DNA of 64,000 nt, taken from positions 133,165 through 197,164 of the forward strand of contig JBAZJY010000001.1 in the NCBI GenBank assembly GCA_041651115.1. The letters are read 5' to 3'. Every line of letters begins with the position of its first letter. The first letter of the stretch is position 1. This DNA comes from Candidatus Omnitrophota bacterium. Its GTDB lineage: Bacteria > Omnitrophota > Gorgyraeia > Gygaellales > Profunditerraquicolaceae. Below are positions 29,787 through 39,209 of this stretch, piece after piece. The notes under the pieces were generated by a model, which worked only from the letters and a program-made list of their open reading frames with translations, was not told the origin of the DNA and made no database searches. The translations under genes were made by a program, and so were the position numbers.

Positions 29787-30239
29787 ATGAAAAAAACACA
29801 ATTAGTCATGATCTGGTTCCTGCCGTTGATACTGATCGGCGGGATGTTTAACCCCTGGCTGGGGTATCTGGTCGTGGCAATGATGGCATCTTTGTTGGTG
29901 CTGTCGTTTTTTAAGGGCAGGTACTGGTGCCGGAACTTGTGCCCGCGCGGCGCATTTTTGGACATTATTATGTCAAAGCTGAGCATGAATAAGCCGCTGC
30001 CCCGGATCTTTGTAAAGCAGGGATTTCGCCTGGTAATACTCATCCTATTTATGGGTTTTGTAATTTTTCGTATTATCCGCACCGGCGGTAATCCGCTTTT
30101 GGTCGGGGCTGTGTTTGTAAGTATGTGCGTGATCACAACCGTTATTTCCGTTGTTTTGGCAATATTTACAAAACACAGGGGTTGGTGCGCCGTCTGCCCG
30201 ATGGGGTTTTTGCAGGAAAAGATCGGAAAAAATAAATAG
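29787..30239 (+). CDS. membrane protein with two CxxCP Fe-S-type motifs (4Fe-4S-binding membrane protein family)
   Basis: YWCRNLCPRG and GWCAVCPMG between TM helices. Confidence 0.5.
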   Translation: MKKTQLVMIWFLPLILIGGMFNPWLGYLVVAMMASLLVLSFFKGRYWCRNLCPRGAFLDIIMSKLSMNKPLPRIFVKQGFRLVILILFMGFVIFRIIRTGGNPLLVGAVFVSMCVITTVISVVLAIFTKHRGWCAVCPMGFLQEKIGKNK

Positions 30240-30248
30240 GGAATCGCA

Positions 30249-31289
30249 TTGAAGCCTGCCTACAGAAATCTGCTGCTTGGTTTATGTTCGGTAATCATCT
30301 TCTTCTGCAGCGCGGAATACATCTCGCGGATCATCCAAGAACGTTTCAACACGGGCAACTCCGGCAATAGCGTATTTGCCGACCCCTGGATCGACCGGAT
30401 GCTCAAGGCAGATTGTTATTTTGCCGACCCGGTATTGCTTTTTCGGATCAATCCGGGATTTGAATGGGACCGGATCAACCCGCAGGGCTTTCGCGATGCG
30501 CGCATTTACAAAAAAGAAAAAGACGGCGGCATTTTTCGCATAGCCTGTTTGGGCGATTCCACGACTTTTGGCAGCGGGGTTAAATGGAATAATTCATATC
30601 CAAAATGCCTTGAGCGGATGCTTAACGCAGGAAATGACGGGGGCCGTTATGAAGTGTTTAATTTCGGCGTGCCCGGATACACATCTTTTCAGGGCCTGAA
30701 GCTGCTGCAATCGGAAGTGATCGGCTATCAGCCTGACGTGGTGATTATGAATTTCGCCTGGAACGACCTCTGGAGCATACCTGCTATAGCTAAGGAAGAT
30801 AAATATCAGCGTATGCCTGCGCAGATCATAATCTCCGCGCTGGGATTATTAGAGCGGTCTGCTTTTTTCCGCAGCATGGAAGCGGCAATATACCGGTTTC
30901 AGCTATGGATTTCCAGGGCTGGCCGGCCAAATAGCCGGTGGCATTCAAGGGTTACGCTTGAGGATCACCGCGATAATTATCGCCAAATGATCAGCTTACT
31001 TAAGAAACATAATATGCGTTGTTTGATCATTATTCCTCCTGCAGGCCTGATCGTTACTCCTCCGGCAGGCGCGCAGATGACAGATCCCAGCCGTTATATG
31101 GCATATACCGAAAGCACAAGGGCAGTTGCCGGAGATTCCGGCGTCCCGATAATTGAGCCCGGGCTTACGTTCAGCCAGGGGCAGGATAAATATTTTTTAG
31201 AGGATGGTTTTCACCTTACGGAAAAAGGCTATAATTCTGTGGCGGACTCTGTATTTGCCGCGATTTACCCTATGCTGGAAAAACAATAA
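30249..31289 (+). CDS. SGNH/GDSL-family hydrolase with N-terminal membrane anchor
   Basis: ACLGDSTTFG block I (GDS), FGVPG block, DGFHLT block V. Confidence 0.6.
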   Translation: MKPAYRNLLLGLCSVIIFFCSAEYISRIIQERFNTGNSGNSVFADPWIDRMLKADCYFADPVLLFRINPGFEWDRINPQGFRDARIYKKEKDGGIFRIACLGDSTTFGSGVKWNNSYPKCLERMLNAGNDGGRYEVFNFGVPGYTSFQGLKLLQSEVIGYQPDVVIMNFAWNDLWSIPAIAKEDKYQRMPAQIIISALGLLERSAFFRSMEAAIYRFQLWISRAGRPNSRWHSRVTLEDHRDNYRQMISLLKKHNMRCLIIIPPAGLIVTPPAGAQMTDPSRYMAYTESTRAVAGDSGVPIIEPGLTFSQGQDKYFLEDGFHLTEKGYNSVADSVFAAIYPMLEKQ

Positions 31290-31349
31290 AATTCCAAAGC
31301 GGAATATTTTTTATTGACAAAATTAACATAATTGGAGTAAAATATTAGC

Positions 31350-32018
31350 ATGGAGAACCGCGATAGCCTTAGCTTCCAGGACCGCGTTCAGGAGCTTAAT
31401 TGGGGCGCCCATCTCTGCAGTCTTTACCGGGATAAAAAAGAGCAATTATCGGTAGTCGCGCCGTATCTGGCATTTGGTTTGCAGCATAATGAGAGGTGCA
31501 TTTATGTTACCGGCGATACCGGGCAGGAAGAGGTCTGCCGCGCGTTAGACGGTTCAGGCATAGATATTGACAGCTGCCTCAAAAAGGGGCAGCTTATTTT
31601 TTTAACCAAAGAAGAGACATACCTTAAGAATAATTTTTTCTCGCCCCTTGCGATGCTCGGGATGATCCAGGACGCGCATTATGAGGCGCTCAGGGCCGGC
31701 TACAGCGGATTGCGGGGAAGCGGCGAATTGAACTGGACTGCGCAGGATTTTTCCGGAGCGGAGAGAGTGATTGAATATGAGCGGGAAATAAATTTCTTGT
31801 TCCCGCATTATCATATTATTGCCCTATGCCAGTATAGCGAAATGAAAGTCCCGGAAAATGTCCTGCTTGGCGCGTTACGCACTCACCCTAAGGCCGTTAT
31901 CCACGGCATATTATATGATAATCCGTTTTACACTCATCCTGCGGTTGCCGGCAAAGCAGAAGGCGATGAATACCTGCCGGGTAAATATTATGAATTGCGC
32001 AACAGGTTGATAGCTTAA
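31350..32018 (+). CDS. putative MEDS-domain (DcmR-like) sensory protein
   Basis: N-terminal GAHLCSLYRD resembles the MEDS HxCxxY signature; 222 aa. Confidence 0.35.
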   Translation: MENRDSLSFQDRVQELNWGAHLCSLYRDKKEQLSVVAPYLAFGLQHNERCIYVTGDTGQEEVCRALDGSGIDIDSCLKKGQLIFLTKEETYLKNNFFSPLAMLGMIQDAHYEALRAGYSGLRGSGELNWTAQDFSGAERVIEYEREINFLFPHYHIIALCQYSEMKVPENVLLGALRTHPKAVIHGILYDNPFYTHPAVAGKAEGDEYLPGKYYELRNRLIA

Positions 32019-32036
32019 CATTAGTAAATCGCATCT

Positions 32037-32429
32037 ATGGCAGACAAAAGAAGCCACGTAAGGTATATTATTACGGATTGCGTCATCCTTAATGATGAAA
32101 GCGGCGCAACCATTGCTTCCGAGGCTATGCTTAGCGGAATAAGCTTTAGGGGCATGTCTTTGGAATTAAAAGAAAAGATAGAAGTCGGCAGGGTTGTGCA
32201 ATTTGAATTAAATACTAAACTACTGGCCAGGCCCTTAAGAGGCAAAGCAGTAGTTAAAAATATCACTGAACTAAAACACAGGCACGGGCAGTTCTTCAGG
32301 ATCGGCGTAGAATTTACGGATGTTAATGGCCGCGATGTTACTACTCTGTTGAATGAGATCCAGCATAAAATGCGCCAGATGGAAAAACGGATCATTGCCG
32401 AGGATCCGCGGGATTACGGCCCGTTTTAG
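32037..32429 (+). CDS. PilZ-domain protein (predicted c-di-GMP effector)
   Basis: N-terminal RSHVRY (RxxxR) followed about 25 aa later by LSGISFRG resembling the D/NxSxxG PilZ motif. Confidence 0.45.
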   Translation: MADKRSHVRYIITDCVILNDESGATIASEAMLSGISFRGMSLELKEKIEVGRVVQFELNTKLLARPLRGKAVVKNITELKHRHGQFFRIGVEFTDVNGRDVTTLLNEIQHKMRQMEKRIIAEDPRDYGPF

Positions 32430-32464
32430 CATTACGGGCGAAACGCCTTTTATAAGGAGGCAGC

Positions 32465-32800
32465 ATGGACCTCATACCGCAGCATTTGAGGGAAACTTTT
32501 GTTTTGGGCTTTAATGACCTGCAAAGTTTTCAATTCAGCTTTGCGAATCCGGTATTCTGGGTTTTTATCGGCGCATTATTCCTGTTATTATTGAAGATAT
32601 GGGATATTAAAAAGTCATTTTCTTTTTCGGCTGTTGTTGCCGCGATCCTCCTGCTTACTACCGCATTGGAAAAATTCTTCGCGAATACATTGTCCCAGCC
32701 GGGAGAGCCGCTTGAGACGGTAGTGATCAGGTTTGTTTCTGCCGTGGTTATCGGGATAATCTTCATAATCTATCTTTTTATAATACAGCAGGACAGTTAA
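32465..32800 (+). CDS. hypothetical small membrane protein
   Basis: 111 aa, three hydrophobic helices. Confidence 0.4.
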   Translation: MDLIPQHLRETFVLGFNDLQSFQFSFANPVFWVFIGALFLLLLKIWDIKKSFSFSAVVAAILLLTTALEKFFANTLSQPGEPLETVVIRFVSAVVIGIIFIIYLFIIQQDS

Positions 32801-32826
32801 GGCAGTTCCTGCTGCGGAGGGATAAA

Positions 32827-33885
32827 ATGAAAAAGTCAATAAGGCTGTTTTGTTTTTTTCTGGCCGCTGCCGTTTTATTCGGGGCAGGGCAATACCCAAT
32901 CCTAAAGGATGGATTGGTACGCACTTGCTGTGCAGGGAGCTATGCTATGGAAAGCAAAGAGGAACTTAAAAAGAAGCTGACTTCTGAACAATACTATGTT
33001 ACCTGCGAAGACGGGACAGAGCCGGCGTTTGCAAATGAATACTGGGACAATAAGAAGCCGGGCATGTATGTGGATATTATCAGCGGCAAGCCGCTTTTTA
33101 GCTCAACCGATAAGTTTGATTCAGGTACAGGCTGGCCGAGCTTTACCAAGCCGATTGAGGAGCCTGAGATTGTAGAGCGCAGTGACCGTTCTATGGGCAT
33201 GGAACGCACGGAAGTGCGTTCTAAAGAGGGCGACGCGCACCTTGGCCATGTGTTTGAAGACGGGCCTAAACCAACGGGCAGGCGTTATTGCATAAATTCC
33301 GCTGCCCTGCGTTTTATCCCGGTGGAGGACATGGAAAAACAAGGGTACGGCAAGTATCTTTATCTTTTTGGAAAAACTGCCGATAAGTCAGAAGCCGGGG
33401 TTGCTTATTTTGCCGCCGGATGTTTCTGGGGCGTTGAAGCGGCATTCCGTCAGGCTAAGGGTGTAGAATCCGTTACTTCCGGGTATATGGGCGGAAACGT
33501 CCCTGATCCGACTTATGGCCAGGTTTGCACCGGTAAAACCGGCCACGCGGAAACCGTGAAAGTAGAATACGACCCTAAAAAAATTTCTTATGAAGAGTTG
33601 CTCCAGGTATTCTGGAGTATCCATGATCCGACAACGCCGTATCGCCAAGGCCCGGATGTCGGCGCGCAATACCGCAGCGCGATTTTCTACGCGGACGAGC
33701 AGCAGAAAGCAGCAGCGCTGGCGTCTAAAGATAAGCTTGGCAAATCCGGAAAGTACGACGACCCGGTTATAACCGAAATTACTCCCGCCAAAGATTTTTA
33801 TAGAGCCGAGGAATACCATCAAAGGTATTATGAGAAAAACGGCATTAAGCCGTCCTGTCATCTTCCGCCGAATCTGACGTCGTAA
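32827..33885 (+). CDS. msrAB: secreted bifunctional methionine sulfoxide reductase MsrB-MsrA
   Basis: signal peptide; MsrB GTGWPSF and RYCINS motifs; MsrA GCFWG active site. Confidence 0.85.
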   Translation: MKKSIRLFCFFLAAAVLFGAGQYPILKDGLVRTCCAGSYAMESKEELKKKLTSEQYYVTCEDGTEPAFANEYWDNKKPGMYVDIISGKPLFSSTDKFDSGTGWPSFTKPIEEPEIVERSDRSMGMERTEVRSKEGDAHLGHVFEDGPKPTGRRYCINSAALRFIPVEDMEKQGYGKYLYLFGKTADKSEAGVAYFAAGCFWGVEAAFRQAKGVESVTSGYMGGNVPDPTYGQVCTGKTGHAETVKVEYDPKKISYEELLQVFWSIHDPTTPYRQGPDVGAQYRSAIFYADEQQKAAALASKDKLGKSGKYDDPVITEITPAKDFYRAEEYHQRYYEKNGIKPSCHLPPNLTS

Positions 33886-33892
33886 GAACGGC

Positions 33893-35548
33893 ATGAAAAT
33901 TACCGGCATCCGCAAGTACACCCCGTTATTCATATCCGCCGCCATATTGTCTTATATCGGCTATTGGCTTTTTTTTCTTGCGCCTTTCCTGGAAGGAGAT
34001 GACGTTTATATCCTGGGAGGCGTTGCCGGGTTGATAAAGCACGGCGCGAGCGCGTATTTATACGGCTATGATTATCAACCGCTGTATTACTTATTCCTAA
34101 AGAATTTATTCATCTGGTTAAAACTGCCGCTTAATTTCCTGGTTATGGCGGCAATTTTGGTTTCTCTTATTTCGCTTTTGGCAGCGCTATGGTGCTTATA
34201 CGAAGGAGTAAAGCGGCTGGTTTCCGGAAAGTTCGCTCTTTATTTTATCATTGCATGCCTTTTGATCCCGGAGATCAAGATCTCCGGAGCCTATCCTAAC
34301 ACTTCGGTTTTTACGCTGGCGCTCTTATGCCTGGTTTTCTATTTGCTGGCCAGGTTCAGGGCTTCTTTTTTTCTGCTGGGCGCAGCCAGCGCAGTCATGG
34401 CTGTTTCTTTCTATGCCAGAAGCGATGCCGTGCTGATGGCGCCCGGGTTTTTATTCTTGGCATATTACAGGTCGCGGCGCAGATATACTATTGCCCTGTG
34501 CATGGTCGTAATGTTTATCGTGTGGCTGGCCCTTTTGAAGCTTACCAGCACGAGCATGGAAAACATTTTTTACAACCTGGCTATACACTACGAGGTGCCG
34601 GCAATAATATCGCTGCGTAACGCAGTCGCAAAAGCCTTGCCGCTTAGCCCGTTATTCATCATCTTGATAGAAAGCGCGGGGTTTCTTTTGTGCTTTATCC
34701 CCCTGTCTCTGGCCATCCTCGCAGGCATCGGGCTTTTAAACTTGATTGTTTCCCGCAGAAAGGCCGCGCTTTGCGCATTTGCCGTCGGGTTCATGCCGTT
34801 GTTTTTATTATTTTTTACGGTAATGACCACCCCTAAACATTTACTTTATGTTTATCCCTTTATTGCCTGGCTGGCAGTGGAGGGATGGCTGGCTTTGGCA
34901 AAGATGCGACAGCGCAAGCTTTCCTATTTCTTGAGGCTGGCAATCATCGTTATCTTCGCGGCTCAATACTTTTTCAGATGCGGTTTTTTTGGCGCAATAG
35001 TTTCCCGGATACCGATGATTATTCCCGGAAGGGCGGGTTATTCGGCGCATACCCATGATGGTATGCGGCCGCTTACCGGCATTGTCTATTTTCCTTTAAC
35101 GTTTAGAGAAAATTATCCTTTTCAAAAAAATCGGCAATTCCCGGTTTTTCCCTATGCCAGGGGCGTAAACAGGATATACTGGGCAAAGGACTATTTATGC
35201 GCAGGCATAATTTTTCTTAATTTAAGCGTAGAGGCAAAAAAAGAAATCGCTGACCCGGTTGGGATAGCCTTCTACCCGGAGTCATGGAGCAAGCAGTCAT
35301 TCCTGATGCCGGACGGCTCAATGGCTATGTGCGTATACCCGTATCTTTTTTCCGAACAGTCTAAGCAACAGCATCTGGCGTATATTGAAAAAAGCCGCAA
35401 GCTGGGGTTTACGAATATAATTTACAGCTCTTCCGCGTATCCGGATGACGCGTTTATGCGGTTCATAAAGGAAAAATATCCGCAGGCCCAGGTCCGGGGA
35501 AACAGGGAGAGCGGTTACTTTTTAAAAATAGGTTTACAGGCCGGATAA
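33893..35548 (+). CDS. polytopic membrane protein, possibly GT-C-type glycosyltransferase
   Basis: 551 aa, more than 10 TM helices, acidic EGDD loop near the N-terminus; weak call. Confidence 0.4.
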   Translation: MKITGIRKYTPLFISAAILSYIGYWLFFLAPFLEGDDVYILGGVAGLIKHGASAYLYGYDYQPLYYLFLKNLFIWLKLPLNFLVMAAILVSLISLLAALWCLYEGVKRLVSGKFALYFIIACLLIPEIKISGAYPNTSVFTLALLCLVFYLLARFRASFFLLGAASAVMAVSFYARSDAVLMAPGFLFLAYYRSRRRYTIALCMVVMFIVWLALLKLTSTSMENIFYNLAIHYEVPAIISLRNAVAKALPLSPLFIILIESAGFLLCFIPLSLAILAGIGLLNLIVSRRKAALCAFAVGFMPLFLLFFTVMTTPKHLLYVYPFIAWLAVEGWLALAKMRQRKLSYFLRLAIIVIFAAQYFFRCGFFGAIVSRIPMIIPGRAGYSAHTHDGMRPLTGIVYFPLTFRENYPFQKNRQFPVFPYARGVNRIYWAKDYLCAGIIFLNLSVEAKKEIADPVGIAFYPESWSKQSFLMPDGSMAMCVYPYLFSEQSKQQHLAYIEKSRKLGFTNIIYSSSAYPDDAFMRFIKEKYPQAQVRGNRESGYFLKIGLQAG

Positions 35549-35567
35549 TTGTTGTTAAGATACCAAA

Positions 35568-35906
35568 ATGAAGGGAATCTCTATGGAATTCAATGAGTTA
35601 AAAAGCGGGTTTAAAGCGATCGGCTTTGACAGCCTGCGCGCAGACAGCGAAGATTATTTTGAGGTGGTAGTTGCGGCAAGCGAGTTAAGCAAGTTCACTG
35701 ACCGCTTGGCCAACGTTTTAGGCGCTCCGGTCTGGCCGTCAAAAGAAAAGCTTACGGCTGAAATAAGGGGGATGATAGATGGTTTTGGCGGGATAACCTC
35801 CGGCCAGACGCTTTACTTTCGCGCCCAGGATAGCGGCGCGATATTCGCCATGCTTTGGCCGTGGCAGGACGGCATCCATATTACCCTGAAGATCGTGAAG
35901 AAATAG
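35568..35906 (+). CDS. hypothetical protein
   Basis: 112-aa ORF; no recognisable motif. Confidence 0.4.
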   Translation: MKGISMEFNELKSGFKAIGFDSLRADSEDYFEVVVAASELSKFTDRLANVLGAPVWPSKEKLTAEIRGMIDGFGGITSGQTLYFRAQDSGAIFAMLWPWQDGIHITLKIVKK

Positions 35907-35930
35907 CCTTATCACGGTAAAAACAAAGAT

Positions 35931-35957
35931 GCCCCGATCATACTCGGGGCATATTTG
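35931..35957 (+). terminator. hairpin (gccccg atcatact cggggc) with weak U-tract
   Basis: 6-bp GC stem; flanked by outer repeat gccttatcac / gtgataggc. Confidence 0.35.
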
Positions 35958-36092
35958 TAGGTGATAGGCCTTCTTAGCTCTCGCTATCGCCCAATCCTCC
36001 TTTGAATGAGTAAACGCTTGTAAATAAAGTATGCATTACGATGCAAGGAAATCAAGGCGAAAAATACGATTTTTGAAAGCGGTTTCTTAACA

Positions 36093-37058
36093 ATGCTTAA
36101 GATCGGCAATTTAAGACTAAAATCCAACCTGATACTCGCGCCGATGGCCGGGATCAGCGATTTTCCCTTCAGAATGATCAACCGCAAATTCGGTTGCGAG
36201 CTGGCGTTTGTGGAAATGATCAATTGCCGCTCTATCAGCCATAAGAGTAAACGCACAGCAAAGATGCTGGCGTCAAGCCCCGGGGACAGGCCTTTGGGCG
36301 TGCAGCTTTTAGGTTGTGAAGTAAAGTATGTCAGTAAGGCTCTGGATGCGCTAGCAGGGCATAGTTTTGAACTTTTGGACTTTAATGCCGCTTGCCCGGC
36401 GAAAAAAGTCGTGCGCCGGGGAGAGGGCGCGGGCCTGCTAAAAGAGCCGAAAAAAGTGAATGAAATATTAAAAGTTATCGTAGATTCGGTTAAGATGCCG
36501 GTTACGGTAAAGATCCGCATTGGTTGGGATAAAGATTCGGTTAATGCGCCCGAAGTTGCTTTGGCAGCGCAGGATGCCGGGGTAAGCGCGGTCTTTATCC
36601 ACGGCAGGACAAAAACCCAAGGCTATAGCGGCGGTGTTGATTACCGGGCAATAAGAGAAGTGAAGGAAGCCTTGTCCGTTCCGCTGATTGCCAGCGGCGA
36701 CGTGTTTTCGCCGCTGCTTGCGAAAAAGATGCTGGATGAAACAGGCGCTGACGGCTTGATTATTGCCCGCGGCGCATTGGGCAATCCCTGGATCTTTAAA
36801 GAGGTAGCGGAATTCTTAAAAAGCGGCAAGGCAGTTGAGCGGCCTACGCCGGATGAAATCGCCGAAGTAATGCTTGAGCATTTAGAAATGAACATTAATT
36901 TTTATGGCCAGAGGAATGGAGTGGTGATTTTCCGTAAATTTTTCAGCTGGTACACAAAGGGGTTCCGTAAGATCCGGCCTTTGCGGGAAAAGGTCAGCCG
37001 CGTAAAGACGCAAGAGGAAATGGTTGATGCTATTAAACACGTCAGTCCGCTATCTTAA
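36093..37058 (+). CDS. tRNA-dihydrouridine synthase (Dus family)
   Basis: LILAPMAGISDFPFR, TIM-barrel FMN enzyme hallmarks. Confidence 0.8.
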   Translation: MLKIGNLRLKSNLILAPMAGISDFPFRMINRKFGCELAFVEMINCRSISHKSKRTAKMLASSPGDRPLGVQLLGCEVKYVSKALDALAGHSFELLDFNAACPAKKVVRRGEGAGLLKEPKKVNEILKVIVDSVKMPVTVKIRIGWDKDSVNAPEVALAAQDAGVSAVFIHGRTKTQGYSGGVDYRAIREVKEALSVPLIASGDVFSPLLAKKMLDETGADGLIIARGALGNPWIFKEVAEFLKSGKAVERPTPDEIAEVMLEHLEMNINFYGQRNGVVIFRKFFSWYTKGFRKIRPLREKVSRVKTQEEMVDAIKHVSPLS

Positions 37059-39114
37059 AGGAATAGGGCCAAAGCGCGCCAAAGTTTTTAATGCTGCCGG
37101 CATTAATGTTATTGAAGACCTGCTTTATTATTTCCCCCGCCGTTATGAAGACCGCACGAAATTTGTCCTTATAAAAGACCTTAAAGAAGGAGAAACGCAA
37201 ACGATCAAGGCGCAGGTGCTTGCCAAGGGCAAGCGCCAATCCTGGAGGAGGCGGCGTTTCAGCATTTTTGAATTAGAGGCCGCGGATAATACCGGCAGGG
37301 TTTCTTGCGTTTGGTTTAACCAGCCTTATCTGGACGACTATTTTAAGGTCGGCTCTACGGTAATACTTTACGGCAAAGTAGAGCGCTATGGCTCGCGGCT
37401 GCAGATGTCTTCGCCGGAATTTGAGTTTGTTTCCGGAGACAATGATGAAGCGCTTAATATTGCCAGGATCGTGCCGGTTTATTCGCTGCCTGCAGGCTTA
37501 AGCCAGCGCACGTTCCGGCGTTTTATCAAGAATATCCTGGATGAATTCCTTCCGAAAATAAATGATTTTCTTCCCTTTGATATCCGTTCTAAGAACAACC
37601 TGCTTAATCTTGCCAAGGCCCTGATTGACATACATTTTCCGGAGAATTTTGAGCTGCAAAAAGAGGCCTTTCGCCGGCTTTCGTTTGAAGAATTTTTCTT
37701 GTTTCAGATGCTGCTTGTTTTACGCAAGGCAAAGAAAAAGCAAAAGCAGGGGATCGCGCATAAGGCAGGAGGTTTGCTCATGAAGGAATACATTTCCGGC
37801 TTGCCGTTTGAGCTTACTTATGCGCAGGAGCAGGTTATCCGGGAAATAATTTCGGATATGGCAAAGCCTCAAGCCATGCAACGTTTGCTTCAGGGAGATG
37901 TGGGTTCGGGGAAAACCGTTGTCGCGGTTATTGCCGCGTTAACCGCTATTGAAGGCGGGTACCAGGCAGCGATCATGGCGCCTACGGAGGTGCTGGCGCG
38001 GCAGCATTATGAAAAAATTAGATGTCAGGTGTTAGGTATCAGGTATCAGGGCAGGAAAATAAAGATTTGTTTGTTGGCAGGGAATGCTAATAAAAAGGAA
38101 AAAGAGGCGCTTTATCGTCAGATTGAGAATGGCGAAGTTGACCTGGTGATTGGAACCCATGCGTTGCTGGAAGCAAAAGTAAAATTTAAGCAGCTTGGCT
38201 TGGTAGTAATTGATGAACAGCATAAGTTTGGCGTGGGTCAGAGAGCGCTCCTGCCGCAGAAAGGGCCAAATCCCGATGTCCTGATCATGACCGCAACGCC
38301 GATCCCCCGCACGCTGGCAATTACCCTTTACGGCGATTTGGATGTTTCGGTGATCAAGCAATTGCCGCCGGGCAGGATCCCGGTTGAGACGCTGCATTTT
38401 GCTTTGAGTCAGCAGCATAAGGCATATGAGATCGCCCGGCAACAGCTTGCATTAGGCAGGCAGGTGTTTATTGTTTATCCGGTAATTGAAGAATCCTACG
38501 CGTTGGATATTGCCGGAGCGAAAAAAATGTACGAGCGCCTGCGCTTAAGCGAATTCAAGGATTTTAAATCAGGGTTGATACACGGTAAGATGAAGCAGGG
38601 CGAGCAGGATAAGATAATGGCGGCATTCGCCAAGAAAGAATTCGGCGTTTTGGTCTGCACGACCGTGCTGGAAGTGGGCATTGACATTCCGGAGGCGACT
38701 TGCATGATCATTGAGCATTCCGAGCGTTTCGGCCTAAGCCAGTTGCATCAGCTGCGCGGCCGCGTGGGCAGGGGGCCGTATAAGTCATTCTGTGTTTTAG
38801 TTTCTGATGCCCAAACCGAAGACGCCAAACTGCGCATTGCCGCAATGCTGAAAAGCAGCGACGGGTTTTATGTCGCGGAGGAAGACTTAAGGATCAGGGG
38901 CCCGGGAGAATTTTTTGGCCGCAGGCAGCATGGCCTTGCCGAGCTCAAGATCGGCGATCCTCTCGCGCAAATGCAGCTGTTAAAGCGGGCAAGGGAAGAG
39001 GCAATTGGGCTGGTTGAGAAAGACCCGCACCTGTTACTGCGGCCGAATCAGCTGCTTAAAGAAAAGCTTCTGCATCGCTTCCCGGAATATGAAGAACTGA
39101 TACTTATCGGATAA
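37024..39114 (+). CDS. recG: ATP-dependent DNA helicase RecG
   Basis: N-terminal LKGIGPKRAKVFNAAGI...YFPRRYEDR wedge region; helicase motifs GDVGSGKT, DEQH, TATPIPRT. Confidence 0.9.
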   Translation: MMLLNTSVRYLKGIGPKRAKVFNAAGINVIEDLLYYFPRRYEDRTKFVLIKDLKEGETQTIKAQVLAKGKRQSWRRRRFSIFELEAADNTGRVSCVWFNQPYLDDYFKVGSTVILYGKVERYGSRLQMSSPEFEFVSGDNDEALNIARIVPVYSLPAGLSQRTFRRFIKNILDEFLPKINDFLPFDIRSKNNLLNLAKALIDIHFPENFELQKEAFRRLSFEEFFLFQMLLVLRKAKKKQKQGIAHKAGGLLMKEYISGLPFELTYAQEQVIREIISDMAKPQAMQRLLQGDVGSGKTVVAVIAALTAIEGGYQAAIMAPTEVLARQHYEKIRCQVLGIRYQGRKIKICLLAGNANKKEKEALYRQIENGEVDLVIGTHALLEAKVKFKQLGLVVIDEQHKFGVGQRALLPQKGPNPDVLIMTATPIPRTLAITLYGDLDVSVIKQLPPGRIPVETLHFALSQQHKAYEIARQQLALGRQVFIVYPVIEESYALDIAGAKKMYERLRLSEFKDFKSGLIHGKMKQGEQDKIMAAFAKKEFGVLVCTTVLEVGIDIPEATCMIIEHSERFGLSQLHQLRGRVGRGPYKSFCVLVSDAQTEDAKLRIAAMLKSSDGFYVAEEDLRIRGPGEFFGRRQHGLAELKIGDPLAQMQLLKRAREEAIGLVEKDPHLLLRPNQLLKEKLLHRFPEYEELILIG

Positions 39115-39168
39115 ATAGGGACAGAGCCTACTTTTTCTCTATAGAAAAAGTAGGCTCTGTCCCTATTT
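39113..39168. repeat. 56-nt perfect palindrome tagggacagagcctacttttt ctctatag aaaaagtaggctctgtcccta (bidirectional terminator-like)
   Basis: 24-bp stem; outer TAGGGAC/GTCCCTA ends shared with the 77-nt palindromic repeat family. Confidence 0.6.
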
Positions 39169-39209
39169 ATCCCTTGAGAAAATCGGGGGTAGGTATATAA
39201 TATTGCACT

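Noticed and set aside
31314-31343. TTGACA-18-TAAAAT promoter-like hexamers upstream of the MEDS gene
   Set aside because: The -10 would overlap the only GGAG candidate RBS and sits 7 nt from the ATG; geometry is implausible, so not reported as a feature.
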